Assembly (NCBI GenBank): GCA_041686855.1
Contig: JAWLDA010000007.1
Span: 144,977-208,976, forward strand
DNA from: Limnochordia bacterium
Lineage (GTDB): Bacteria > Bacillota > Limnochordia > DTU080 > RSA5
Direction: 5' to 3'
DNA: 64,000 bases
Part shown: piece after piece, positions 38,247 to 46,888 of the stretch
Position numbering within the stretch: position 1 is the first letter of the stretch
Layout of the letters: each line of letters opens with the position of its first letter
Translations under genes and position numbers: made by a program
The notes under the pieces: generated by a model
Databases searched by the model: none
The model's input: the letters and a program-made list of their open reading frames with translations, nothing else
Told to the model about the DNA's origin: nothing

Positions 38247-39506
38247 TTAGGAATGTCCCCGGTGTTGCCCGTACACGTCGTCAGACACCTCTGGCACCGG
38301 GAACGAACTAGGATGCGTAGGGTAACCGGGCGCCCGGTACTTTGGATCTAGCGACCAGTGATCACGTCGCCATGCCTCACGAGCCGCGACGTCTCTGAGG
38401 TCAGGCACGTCGAAGGGCATATTCCGCTCCATAATGGAACGGAAGCCGAGCAGGCCCGGCAGGGACATGTCGAGAGCGCGGTATACGTCGATTCTGTTTT
38501 CGAGTCGACCGAGGACAGTCTGCAAGAACGCGTGGGAGACGTAAAAGTCCGCTCCACCATGTCCCGTCGCTCGCTTCGCCACGTCGAGATACGAGTCATC
38601 CACCCAGTCGCCATGCACGACGGATAGATCAGGGGCGTACTCGCGTCGCCCTTCTTCAGCGCCGTCGATGTAGAGGCTTACGAGATTCCGGTCCCACCGA
38701 CTGGACTCTATGCACCCTTTGGTACCGTACAAGGCCAGCCAGTGACTGGAAGGCTCTCGCTTTAGACCGCCGTGACTGATCAAGATCTTGACGGTCGCGC
38801 CGTTGGACATTTGGCACATCAAGAGTCCCGAGTCGCCGTGGAGCCGTCCGTAACGATGGCCCACACGATTGGGCGTCTCCATTCCGACCACCCGGACCAC
38901 CCGCGTGTCGGTGACATCAATCAGGGGCCCTAGAGGGTGAGTGCAGTAGAAGGTGCTCCCCCGCCAGTTTCGCCAATGGCTCCGGTCCCCGCGAGTGAGA
39001 CGGGCCCAGATCTTCTCCGTATCGTGAACGTACTCGCCTTCGCCGTGCTGGAACTCGCCCAGGTCCCCGGCGCGATACCGCCGGCGCATCTCGCCGGCAT
39101 GCGGAAAGAAGCATAAGTTCTCCCCCATCATGTAAACGAGGCCTGTACGCTCCACTGTCTCCACGAGGTCGACCGCCTCGCCCAACGTTTGGCACGCCGG
39201 CACCTCACTGAGGACGTGCCGACCCGCATCGAGAGCCCGGACGGCGAGCAGGGAGTGCTCGTGGGCGGCGTTCGCCAGGACGACTGCGTCGAGGTCGTGC
39301 TCAAGCAACTTCCCAAACTCTTGGTAGTAGGCGATGCGATCGCCGTACTCCGCCTTGATGGGCCGCAAAGCCTCTTCACTAAGGTCACATACAGCCACCA
39401 ACTCGGCGTCGGGGTGTTGGTCCATAGTCGATATAAAGACTCGACCACGGCGTACACCCACGACACCAACGCGCACCTTGTGGCGCACTTGTCCCAAACT
39501 CATCAC
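38247..39506 (-). CDS. Gfo/Idh/MocA family oxidoreductase; C-terminal HGGADF motif
   Basis: VRVGVVGVRRG Rossmann fold. Close paralogue of 23974-25155. Confidence 0.8.
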   Translation of the reverse strand: MMSLGQVRHKVRVGVVGVRRGRVFISTMDQHPDAELVAVCDLSEEALRPIKAEYGDRIAYYQEFGKLLEHDLDAVVLANAAHEHSLLAVRALDAGRHVLSEVPACQTLGEAVDLVETVERTGLVYMMGENLCFFPHAGEMRRRYRAGDLGEFQHGEGEYVHDTEKIWARLTRGDRSHWRNWRGSTFYCTHPLGPLIDVTDTRVVRVVGMETPNRVGHRYGRLHGDSGLLMCQMSNGATVKILISHGGLKREPSSHWLALYGTKGCIESSRWDRNLVSLYIDGAEEGRREYAPDLSVVHGDWVDDSYLDVAKRATGHGGADFYVSHAFLQTVLGRLENRIDVYRALDMSLPGLLGFRSIMERNMPFDVPDLRDVAAREAWRRDHWSLDPKYRAPGYPTHPSSFPVPEVSDDVYGQHRGHS

Positions 39507-39558
39507 CTCATGCCTCTCTTCACGTCGCGTTTGACTCTCCGCCGCGATTGGCGCTCTG

Positions 39559-40833
39559 CTATTGACCAGCTAGAATTTGGTTCGCCTCAAAGGCCGCGCG
39601 TTCGATCGCTTCCTGGGCCGGGATCTCATTGTTACCGGCCGCCCCAAAGAGCGGATTGATCACCCGGTTCAACTCGTTGAGCTCGACAAAGGGATAGGCC
39701 CCACCGGAGTTGACGAGCGAGGGCGAGTTGCGCAGGTAAGGACGCTCCTCGACTGTGCGAGCCCAGTGTCCGGTCGCAAAGTAGTCCAACCGCGAAGGCA
39801 GCCGATCCAGGAGTTCGACCATCTTCTCGCTCGAACCGAGTCCGGTCATCACCCGGATCATCTCCCAAGCAGCCTCTTGCTCCTCCACACCCCGAGGAAT
39901 CGCCATCATGTTGGCCCAGGTCATCGTAGCCCTTCCCGCCCCGGACGGGCCGGGTGGGAGCGTAGTCATGTCGAGCTCGAGGCCGGGCGAGGCGTCGAGG
40001 ACCAGTTTCGCGTTCCAATCGCCAGCCAACCACATCGCTGCACTGCCTTGCGTGAAGTTGCCGCCAGCCACGTCTAAATTGACAAAGATGTCGATCCCCG
40101 CCTGCATTGCCTCGACTCCCTGGGGTGTGCCAAAGGCGGCGCCCCGCAAATCGTCGTTGTAGATCGCCGAATCATTGGCGTACAGGAACGGCCCGAGATT
40201 GGCAATGGCGTTGATGCCCCCCGGCTGGATTCCACCGCGCGTCACTTGGCCGTCGGCATTCTGTCGCACGAGCTTGCGGAGGGCATCCATCCACATTTGC
40301 CAGTCCTCGAGGGCATAGGGATCCGTACTCAAACCGCTCTCCTCAAAGTGCTGGGTGTTGTAAAGGAGCGCGTTTGAGGCTGTGAATATGGGGACGCCAA
40401 AGATGGCGCCCATTTTTTGCGAGTACTTATGCGTCACCGGGATAAAGTTGGCGGGATCGGCATCGGGAGCGAATCGAACATAAGGGTGCAAATCCTCCAA
40501 GACACCTCGTTCGTAAAGCTCCAGTGCCCAGGCAACGGAGGTTTGAGTGACGTGTGGTAGGACGCCGCCGACCGCGCCGACAATCAGCCGCTCGCGCAAT
40601 GCGCCAATACCGGGAAGCCGGGTGTACTCAACCGTCACGTCCGGGTTGTCCCGCTCGTACGTCTCCTTCATCCAATCAAGCCACGCATCGTACGCATCGC
40701 CTTCGGGCCAAGCGTGCCACACTTCCAGCGTCGTCTGTGCCGCGGCCCCACCCGAGACGAGTAGGAGTGCCATTAACAATGCAACGAGAGTCAAACCACC
40801 GTTCACTTTTGACCTGGACAGCATGCGAGCCAT
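39559..40833 (-). CDS. ABC transporter extracellular solute-binding protein (family 1), signal peptide
   Basis: Signal peptide LTLVALLMALLLVSGGAAAQ. Paralogue of 26394-27641. Confidence 0.8.
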   Translation of the reverse strand: MARMLSRSKVNGGLTLVALLMALLLVSGGAAAQTTLEVWHAWPEGDAYDAWLDWMKETYERDNPDVTVEYTRLPGIGALRERLIVGAVGGVLPHVTQTSVAWALELYERGVLEDLHPYVRFAPDADPANFIPVTHKYSQKMGAIFGVPIFTASNALLYNTQHFEESGLSTDPYALEDWQMWMDALRKLVRQNADGQVTRGGIQPGGINAIANLGPFLYANDSAIYNDDLRGAAFGTPQGVEAMQAGIDIFVNLDVAGGNFTQGSAAMWLAGDWNAKLVLDASPGLELDMTTLPPGPSGAGRATMTWANMMAIPRGVEEQEAAWEMIRVMTGLGSSEKMVELLDRLPSRLDYFATGHWARTVEERPYLRNSPSLVNSGGAYPFVELNELNRVINPLFGAAGNNEIPAQEAIERAAFEANQILAGQ

Positions 40834-40869
40834 TCCGTGTCAACCCCCAGTCTTTAGCGAATCACACCT

Positions 40870-40904
40870 ACACGGCAATCGGATATCGGATCCGATTGCC
40901 GTGT
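40870..40904. promoter_or_regulatory. Perfect 15-bp inverted repeat with a 5-nt spacer (ACACGGCAATCGGAT-atcgg-ATCCGATTGCCGTGT). Candidate operator.
   Basis: Directly visible. It lies 37-71 bp upstream of the solute-binding protein gene start and downstream of the GntR gene. No U-tract follows, so it is not an intrinsic terminator. Confidence 0.5.
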
Positions 40905-40949
40905 GCAACATTCGATTCGTCAGAGCGGCTCCACATCCTGCGCATTTTT

Positions 40950-41612
40950 CTAAAACATTGAGTAAATTCTGCGACGGCCGTTCTCTATATGCCGATTCAC
41001 CGCATCAAGCGCCGCCGACACTTTTCCTGTACGGAGCGCCGCTACGTACGCTTGATGGCTCTGGAGATCGGAACCAGGCGGTGGATGGGGACTGCGCATG
41101 CGTCCGTAACTTTGGATGAGTTGAATCCTCGGTTCCAAGTAGCTCCAAAACTCCATGAGGAGCCGGTGCTCACCCACCTCGATCAAGCGGCGATGAAACC
41201 GAGCATCATACTCAACGACACGATGAAACTCGCGGGCTTGAGCCGCCTCCTCGATGCGGTGGGCCAGCGCGTCCAACTGATCCAGATCCTCTTGAGCGAG
41301 CCGGCTCAACGCCCTCTCTACCGCGTCTCGCTCAAGCATCGCCCGCATCTCGAGCACCTCGTCGACAAGCCTCGGCGTGATCTCGACTACCTGGCTGCCG
41401 CGAAATGGTTGGGCCTCGACGAGCCCTGTCTTTGCTAATGAAGTCAATGCATCGCGGACAGGCGTCTTACTCACACCCAGGAGATCTCCGATCTTAGTCT
41501 CGACGAGCCGCGCCCCAGGAGCGAGATCGCCTTGAATGATCATCTGGCGCAGGCGCCGTTCCACCCAGCGGCTCACCCCCATTGGGCTTTGGCTCTTAGG
41601 CGTGTTGGGCAT
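40950..41612 (-). CDS. GntR family transcriptional regulator (FadR/FCD subfamily)
   Basis: wHTH (DLLGVSKTPVRDALTSLAKTGLV) and an all-helical FCD-like C-terminal domain. Confidence 0.8.
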   Translation of the reverse strand: MPNTPKSQSPMGVSRWVERRLRQMIIQGDLAPGARLVETKIGDLLGVSKTPVRDALTSLAKTGLVEAQPFRGSQVVEITPRLVDEVLEMRAMLERDAVERALSRLAQEDLDQLDALAHRIEEAAQAREFHRVVEYDARFHRRLIEVGEHRLLMEFWSYLEPRIQLIQSYGRMRSPHPPPGSDLQSHQAYVAALRTGKVSAALDAVNRHIENGRRRIYSMF

Positions 41613-43245
41613 GGTCCACTTCGTTCATCACCATGGCGCCCGCGTGCCGAGCCGTCTTGGGATCGCCGGCAGCGTGCTGCACACCTGTCTCGGGGTCGAT
41701 GTAGATCGCCACCGGGTGAGCGATTGGGCCCTTGGCGACCTTGACGCGATGCCCCCGGCGTGCCAGCTCCGCCCGCGCGTCTTCGTCAATCCCCTCATTC
41801 ACATTGAGGGAGCCCACTTCTTTAAATGCTTTGGTACGGTCAGGTTGCGGATCAAAGGATCCCTGATGGTGCAGAGTCGCGAAGCGAGCCGATGTGACGG
41901 AGTCGTCAGGCAGGATACCAAACTCCACGAAGTTGAGGATGAGCTGCAAGGTGACTTGATCCTGCAAGTCTTGCCCTGCGACGCTGATCGCCAGAATCGG
42001 GCGCCCCTCTTTGAGCACCAACGTTGGCGTGAGAGTAATGCGGGGACGCTTCCCGGGTTGGATCCGGTTGGGGTGGCCCGGAGTCGTGTTGAGACTGAGC
42101 AGACGATTGCTGTACGTGACGCCGGTCTCGCCTGCATCCAGCTCCTTTAGATAAACGTTGGCGCTGGGCGTCGCCGAGACGACATTCCCCCACCGGTCGG
42201 CGACGACGCATGTCGTCGTGCCGCCGACACCGGGGCGAAAGACACCTCCCTCCTTGAGGGGCCGCATGCGGAATGGATCGCCTGGGCGGGCCTCCAGCGA
42301 CGCCCTATCCATATCAATCAGCTTGCGCCGCATCTCGGTGTACGGATCCGAAAGGAGGCGCCCCAGGGGGACACCGACGAACTCGGGGTCCCCGTAATAC
42401 TCATCGCGATCCGCCATGGCCAGCTTGATCGCCTCTGTCACCACGTGGACGTAATCGGGTGAGAGCCGGCCCATCGACTTGAGGTCGAAACTCTCGAGGA
42501 GCCGCAGCGCCTGCAATAGGTAGGGACCTTGCGTCCACGGCCCGCACTTGCAGACGGTGTAACCCTTGTAGTTGACGCTGACGGCATCTTCCACCGTCGT
42601 CACGTGAGCGGCGAGGTCTTCCCGACGCAAAAACCCACCTTTGCGAATATAAAACGCTTCGAGCTCCTCAGCGATGTCGTTGCGCTCGGGATGCCGACCG
42701 TAAAAGCGGTCGCTAACGGCCTGAAGCCGCTCCTCCCGACTCCCGGTCGCCAGTTCCTCTTCCTCGACCAACTTCCGCAAGGTGATCGCCAGTTTAACCT
42801 GCCACTCCTCCTTGCCTGCATCCAGGAGAGCCAGCGACGGGGCGATCACCTCCCGAAACGTCATGGTTCCGTATCGCCGCAAGGTTGTAAGGCACAGGTC
42901 GACCACGGACGGGACCGGCGCCATCTTCATATCCCCGTCGCCGGGAATGCCGTTTTGCATGTACCATTCGATCGCGTCCGGCGAGAGTGGCGCGCCCCCC
43001 TGTCCGCTCAGCGCCTTCACTTCTCGTGTCTTTGCGTCAAAGATCAGCAGCGGCACCTCCCCGCCAATGGAGCACTGGCCGTGGTCGGTGATGTTGAGTG
43101 CGAAGATCGTCGCCACTGCGGCATCAGCCGCGTTACCGCCCTGCTCGAGGATGTGCACGCCTGCCTCGACCGATTTGGGGGGGCCGGCCGCTACCACACC
43201 GAAGCTTCCGGATGCCTTCCAACTTAGCTGCTCTGCCTGATCCAT
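41596..43245 (-). CDS. Gamma-glutamyltransferase family protein (Ntn-hydrolase), no signal peptide
   Basis: Autoprocessing and nucleophile region GVGGTTTCVVADRWGNVVSATPS plus the conserved GGT small-subunit region. Confidence 0.8.
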   Translation of the reverse strand: MDQAEQLSWKASGSFGVVAAGPPKSVEAGVHILEQGGNAADAAVATIFALNITDHGQCSIGGEVPLLIFDAKTREVKALSGQGGAPLSPDAIEWYMQNGIPGDGDMKMAPVPSVVDLCLTTLRRYGTMTFREVIAPSLALLDAGKEEWQVKLAITLRKLVEEEELATGSREERLQAVSDRFYGRHPERNDIAEELEAFYIRKGGFLRREDLAAHVTTVEDAVSVNYKGYTVCKCGPWTQGPYLLQALRLLESFDLKSMGRLSPDYVHVVTEAIKLAMADRDEYYGDPEFVGVPLGRLLSDPYTEMRRKLIDMDRASLEARPGDPFRMRPLKEGGVFRPGVGGTTTCVVADRWGNVVSATPSANVYLKELDAGETGVTYSNRLLSLNTTPGHPNRIQPGKRPRITLTPTLVLKEGRPILAISVAGQDLQDQVTLQLILNFVEFGILPDDSVTSARFATLHHQGSFDPQPDRTKAFKEVGSLNVNEGIDEDARAELARRGHRVKVAKGPIAHPVAIYIDPETGVQHAAGDPKTARHAGAMVMNEVDHAQHA

Positions 43246-43812
43246 GAGGTCACGTCCTTGGACTGATTTAGGGAACCGATAACACTACTCACCTAACACT
43301 GCGCCAAAATCGAATTCCAACATGCGGTGCGTGGATCACGTAGACGGCGCCCTTGTACGCCGGAAAACCCGGGGCCACCGCCACCAATTCGCATAATTCA
43401 CATGTTTAGCCAACTGACGAGTAACACCTTCGTCGTCCATGTTTGTCATCCCGTGTGGGCATCGGATGATGGGCCCACCGAGACAAGCACCTACTTCTTC
43501 ATCTCGACTCATCTCACCAGCACGACCCCCATGGACGAAGTCCCAATACGTGGCAAATTTACCTATTTGGGATGTCTACGCTTCCGTAGCCGCGGAAGGC
43601 TCACACCGTCAAAGAGAATCGTGCCGAAAAGCGATGCAAGAATCCCTAAACGCAGACTTTCGTAGAGGTGGTGCCTAAACTGGCCTACCTCCGTGAGGCT
43701 CGCATCGAGTCAAACCTCCGCCCACCCGGAACAAGGAAGATTTGGGAAGTCGTTGTAATGTTGTAATTAGGACCATCAATACGTGTTTTGAAGGAAATTT
43801 GGAGGTCTTACC

Positions 43813-44550
43813 GTGCAGCTTTGGCCTGGCGTAAGCATCGTGGGCAGTGGGCGGAACGGCTTTGATCTGACGAATCCGTTTGACTGCCACGTCTACCTCA
43901 TCGAGTCTGAGGGTGAAGCGGCCCTCATCGACGCGGGCGCGGGCATCGATATGCAGCCGCTCGTCCGCGCGATTGAGACGGCGATCGATACGTCCAAGTT
44001 GAAATGGCTCATTCTCTCCCACAAGCATGCCGACCACGCGGGAGGCGCAGCGTACCTCAAGGAGCGGTACAACCTCGAAGTGATCGGCTCCGAGCACACC
44101 GCTCAAGTCGTCGGGACGGCCAATGAGGAGCTCCTCAGCCTCATCGACGCCAAGCAGGCGGGCGGGTATCCCAAGGATTACACCTTCCCAGCCTGCCCCG
44201 TCGATCGCGTCGTTAAAGAGGGCGACACTATCTCCGTAGGAGCGATCCAACTTGAAGTGATCGAAACGCCCGGACACTGTGAGGGCCACCTCGGCTTCCT
44301 CGGAGAGCTCGGAGGCCGCACAGGCTTCTTCTCCTCCGACAGTCTCTTCCACGGCGGACGCGTGGTGTGGCAGACGACGTACGATTGCTCCGTCCAGGAG
44401 CATGTCAAGAGCATTCGTAAGATGAGCATGCTCGAGTTTGATGCGCTCTTGCCTGGGCACATGCTCTTTAGCCTGTGGAACGGGGGACAACACGTCGACG
44501 CGGCGATGGCTCGGATCGCCACGATGAATGTGCCCGCCCACCTCGTGTAG
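43813..44550 (+). CDS. MBL-fold metallo-hydrolase (glyoxalase-II-like)
   Basis: HKHADHAGG (HxHxDH) and later His/Asp ligands. GTG start with GGAGG 7 nt upstream. Confidence 0.8.
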   Translation: MQLWPGVSIVGSGRNGFDLTNPFDCHVYLIESEGEAALIDAGAGIDMQPLVRAIETAIDTSKLKWLILSHKHADHAGGAAYLKERYNLEVIGSEHTAQVVGTANEELLSLIDAKQAGGYPKDYTFPACPVDRVVKEGDTISVGAIQLEVIETPGHCEGHLGFLGELGGRTGFFSSDSLFHGGRVVWQTTYDCSVQEHVKSIRKMSMLEFDALLPGHMLFSLWNGGQHVDAAMARIATMNVPAHLV

Positions 44551-44587
44551 CTTCGTGTAGCTCCGTTCGTCCGAGCCGGCCGGGCCG

Positions 44588-45841
44588 GTGGGTCCCCTAA
44601 GGAGACCCTTCTCGCGCGGGTTGGCTCTTTTGAAGACCTCGCTCGTAAAGACTCATGAAATTCAGGATGAATTAAGGAGGCGCCTAAAAACGAGCCCTCA
44701 ATCCGAAGTGAATTACAAAGACGACCTCTTAGTAGCGATGGACGGGGTATACGTCAACACGGCCGCCGAATCCCCACTCCTACGGTGTGTCGCCGAGAGT
44801 TTGCAAAGCTACGCCTTGGAGAAAGGTCGTGGCGAGCCGGGACGTACGGCCTTTGAGGCCGCAGTGGACGCGGCCCGCCGGCGCGTCGCAAATCTGCTGC
44901 AATGCTCCTCCAGGGATGTCGGCTTCGCGTACTCCGCTTCTGACGCCCTCGGCCTCCTCACGCAAAGCATTCCTTTCAAAGACGGCGACCGGGTCGTCGT
45001 CAGCGAGATCGAGTATCCATCCGACCTTCTCGTTTGGCACGGCCCTACCGGCGCGCAGGTAGAGCTCGACCTCGTCTCCGAAGGAAAGCTCGACTGGGAT
45101 ACTGAGGCCATTCTCAGGACGATCGGCCCCAAGACCCGACTCGTCGTCGTGAGCGCCGTCAGCTACTCGACTGGACATCGCGTCGATCTCAAACGCATTA
45201 AAGCCGCCGTCAACGCGCAGGGCGGTTGGCTCTTGGCCGATGCGACCCAGGCGCTGGGCGCCGTTCGGGTCAATGCCGACGAAGCCGACATGATCGTCGC
45301 CTCCGGCTTTAAGTGGATGATGGGGGTGCACGGCGTTGCGGTCCTCTACTGCAGCCCCGAGATCTCGGCGCAGCTCACGCCACCCTTTGCCGGTTGGCGC
45401 TCGGTACAGCCCCAGGAGCAAACGGAGCTGCAAAGCGTCCGACTCAAAGAGGGCGCCGAGCGCTTTGAGACGGGGATGCCTGGCTTCCCGGCCATCTTTG
45501 GTCTCGAAGCCGGCCTGGGCTACCTTCAGGATCAAGTGGGTATCGACGAGGTGTGGAGTCGCGTCGCCCACCTCTCCAGCGCTCTTTACGAGGGGTTCCG
45601 CTCCCTCAAGCTACCACTCATCACCCGGGACGATCCCGATCAGCGGGCCGGAATTGTGTGTGTGCACGAGCCCGACGCCGCCCAAGTCGCCGAAGCGCTC
45701 AAAGCAGAGGGGGTGTACGCCTACGCCCCGGTGAGAGACGTCCTTCGTTTCTCTCCCCACTTCTTCAACACGGCGGCGGATATCGACCGGTGTATTGACG
45801 TGATGCGACGGATTTGCGCCCGGCGGAGGGGAGCCTCATGA
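44588..45841 (+). CDS. Class V aminotransferase-fold PLP enzyme (cysteine desulfurase / C-S lyase-like)
   Basis: Fold-type I class V features (DGVYVNTAAESPL..., SGFKWMMGVHGVAVLY likely lysine region). An internal ATG at 44738 (MDGVYVNTAAE) may be the true start. Confidence 0.65.
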   Translation: MGPLRRPFSRGLALLKTSLVKTHEIQDELRRRLKTSPQSEVNYKDDLLVAMDGVYVNTAAESPLLRCVAESLQSYALEKGRGEPGRTAFEAAVDAARRRVANLLQCSSRDVGFAYSASDALGLLTQSIPFKDGDRVVVSEIEYPSDLLVWHGPTGAQVELDLVSEGKLDWDTEAILRTIGPKTRLVVVSAVSYSTGHRVDLKRIKAAVNAQGGWLLADATQALGAVRVNADEADMIVASGFKWMMGVHGVAVLYCSPEISAQLTPPFAGWRSVQPQEQTELQSVRLKEGAERFETGMPGFPAIFGLEAGLGYLQDQVGIDEVWSRVAHLSSALYEGFRSLKLPLITRDDPDQRAGIVCVHEPDAAQVAEALKAEGVYAYAPVRDVLRFSPHFFNTAADIDRCIDVMRRICARRRGAS

Positions 45842-46827
45842 TACGAGTCGGCGTTGTCGGCTTGGGCAGTTTTGGCGAGGCGCACATTCAAGCGTACCAA
45901 TCGCTCCCCGGCGTCGAGGTCGCTGCCGTCTGCTCACGCAGTCCTGAGCGGGTGCGCGCCGTGTGTGCACAATACGGGATTCCCCGTGGTAGTACGTCAT
46001 GGGACGAGATCGCGGCGTGGGACGGTGTCGACGCGGTGAGTATCACCACCGCCGACCACGAACACCTGGGCCCGGTCCTGATCGCGGCAAACGCCGGCAA
46101 GCACCTCTTTGTCGAGAAGCCCATGGCCAGCACCAGCGCCGAAGCGGCGGAGATCGTACACGCCGCGGCCGCTGCCCGCGTGATCCTGATGCCTGGACAC
46201 ATCCTGCGTTACGCGGCGCCCTACGCGGCCCTTAAGGAGCGCATTGAGCAAGGCGCGTTGGGCGAGGTCGTCAGCCTCTACGCCCGGCGTAACCGTTTAC
46301 AGCGGTTTTTTGAAAATTACGCCCGAGTGCACGCTCCTGCGTTCGTCTCGTTGATTCACGATATCGACATCGTCTCGTGGTTGGGCGGCTCCCGCGTACG
46401 GAGCGTTCGCGCTCGTCAGCGCGCCGTCCTCTCCGATCAGCCGGACGCCCTGTGGAGCACGATCGAGCTAGAGAACGGCGTCTTGGCCCACATCGAGTCT
46501 ACGTGGCTCCTCCCCGAGCAAGGCGGCGTCGGCACGGATGACGCGCTCGAGGCGCTCGGGACTAAAGGGAAAGCCTCACTCAACCTAGCTGAGGGGCCGC
46601 TCGTCGTCCGTACGACGGCGGGCGTCGAGTATCCCGACCTCCTCTACGAAGCGCCGGCGTTTGGCGAGAGAGGCGGAGCGTTGGTCGCTGAATTAAGCGA
46701 TTTCGTTCGTTGTGTGGCGGAAGGGCGCGCCCCGACACGCATCCAACCGGACGACGGCGTCTGGGCCGTGCGGGCCGTCGAGGCCGCGGTGCGTTCCGCT
46801 GAGTGCGGTGAGGAAGTAACCTTGTAA
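45838..46827 (+). CDS. Gfo/Idh/MocA family oxidoreductase
   Basis: MIRVGVVGLGSFGEAH. The ATG at 45838 overlaps the upstream stop by 4 nt (ATGA), indicating translational coupling. Confidence 0.8.
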   Translation: MIRVGVVGLGSFGEAHIQAYQSLPGVEVAAVCSRSPERVRAVCAQYGIPRGSTSWDEIAAWDGVDAVSITTADHEHLGPVLIAANAGKHLFVEKPMASTSAEAAEIVHAAAAARVILMPGHILRYAAPYAALKERIEQGALGEVVSLYARRNRLQRFFENYARVHAPAFVSLIHDIDIVSWLGGSRVRSVRARQRAVLSDQPDALWSTIELENGVLAHIESTWLLPEQGGVGTDDALEALGTKGKASLNLAEGPLVVRTTAGVEYPDLLYEAPAFGERGGALVAELSDFVRCVAEGRAPTRIQPDDGVWAVRAVEAAVRSAECGEEVTL

Positions 46828-46888
46828 TTTACGAGTCAATTTTACGCGTATGAACTTACGTATGAACCTACGTGGAGGGCGACATCCC

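Noticed and set aside
43246-43812. ORFs 43327-43665 and 43439-43678 in the 567-bp GGT/MBL intergenic region
   Set aside because: No Shine-Dalgarno, no motifs, and odd composition. The region is more likely divergent promoter and regulatory sequence.
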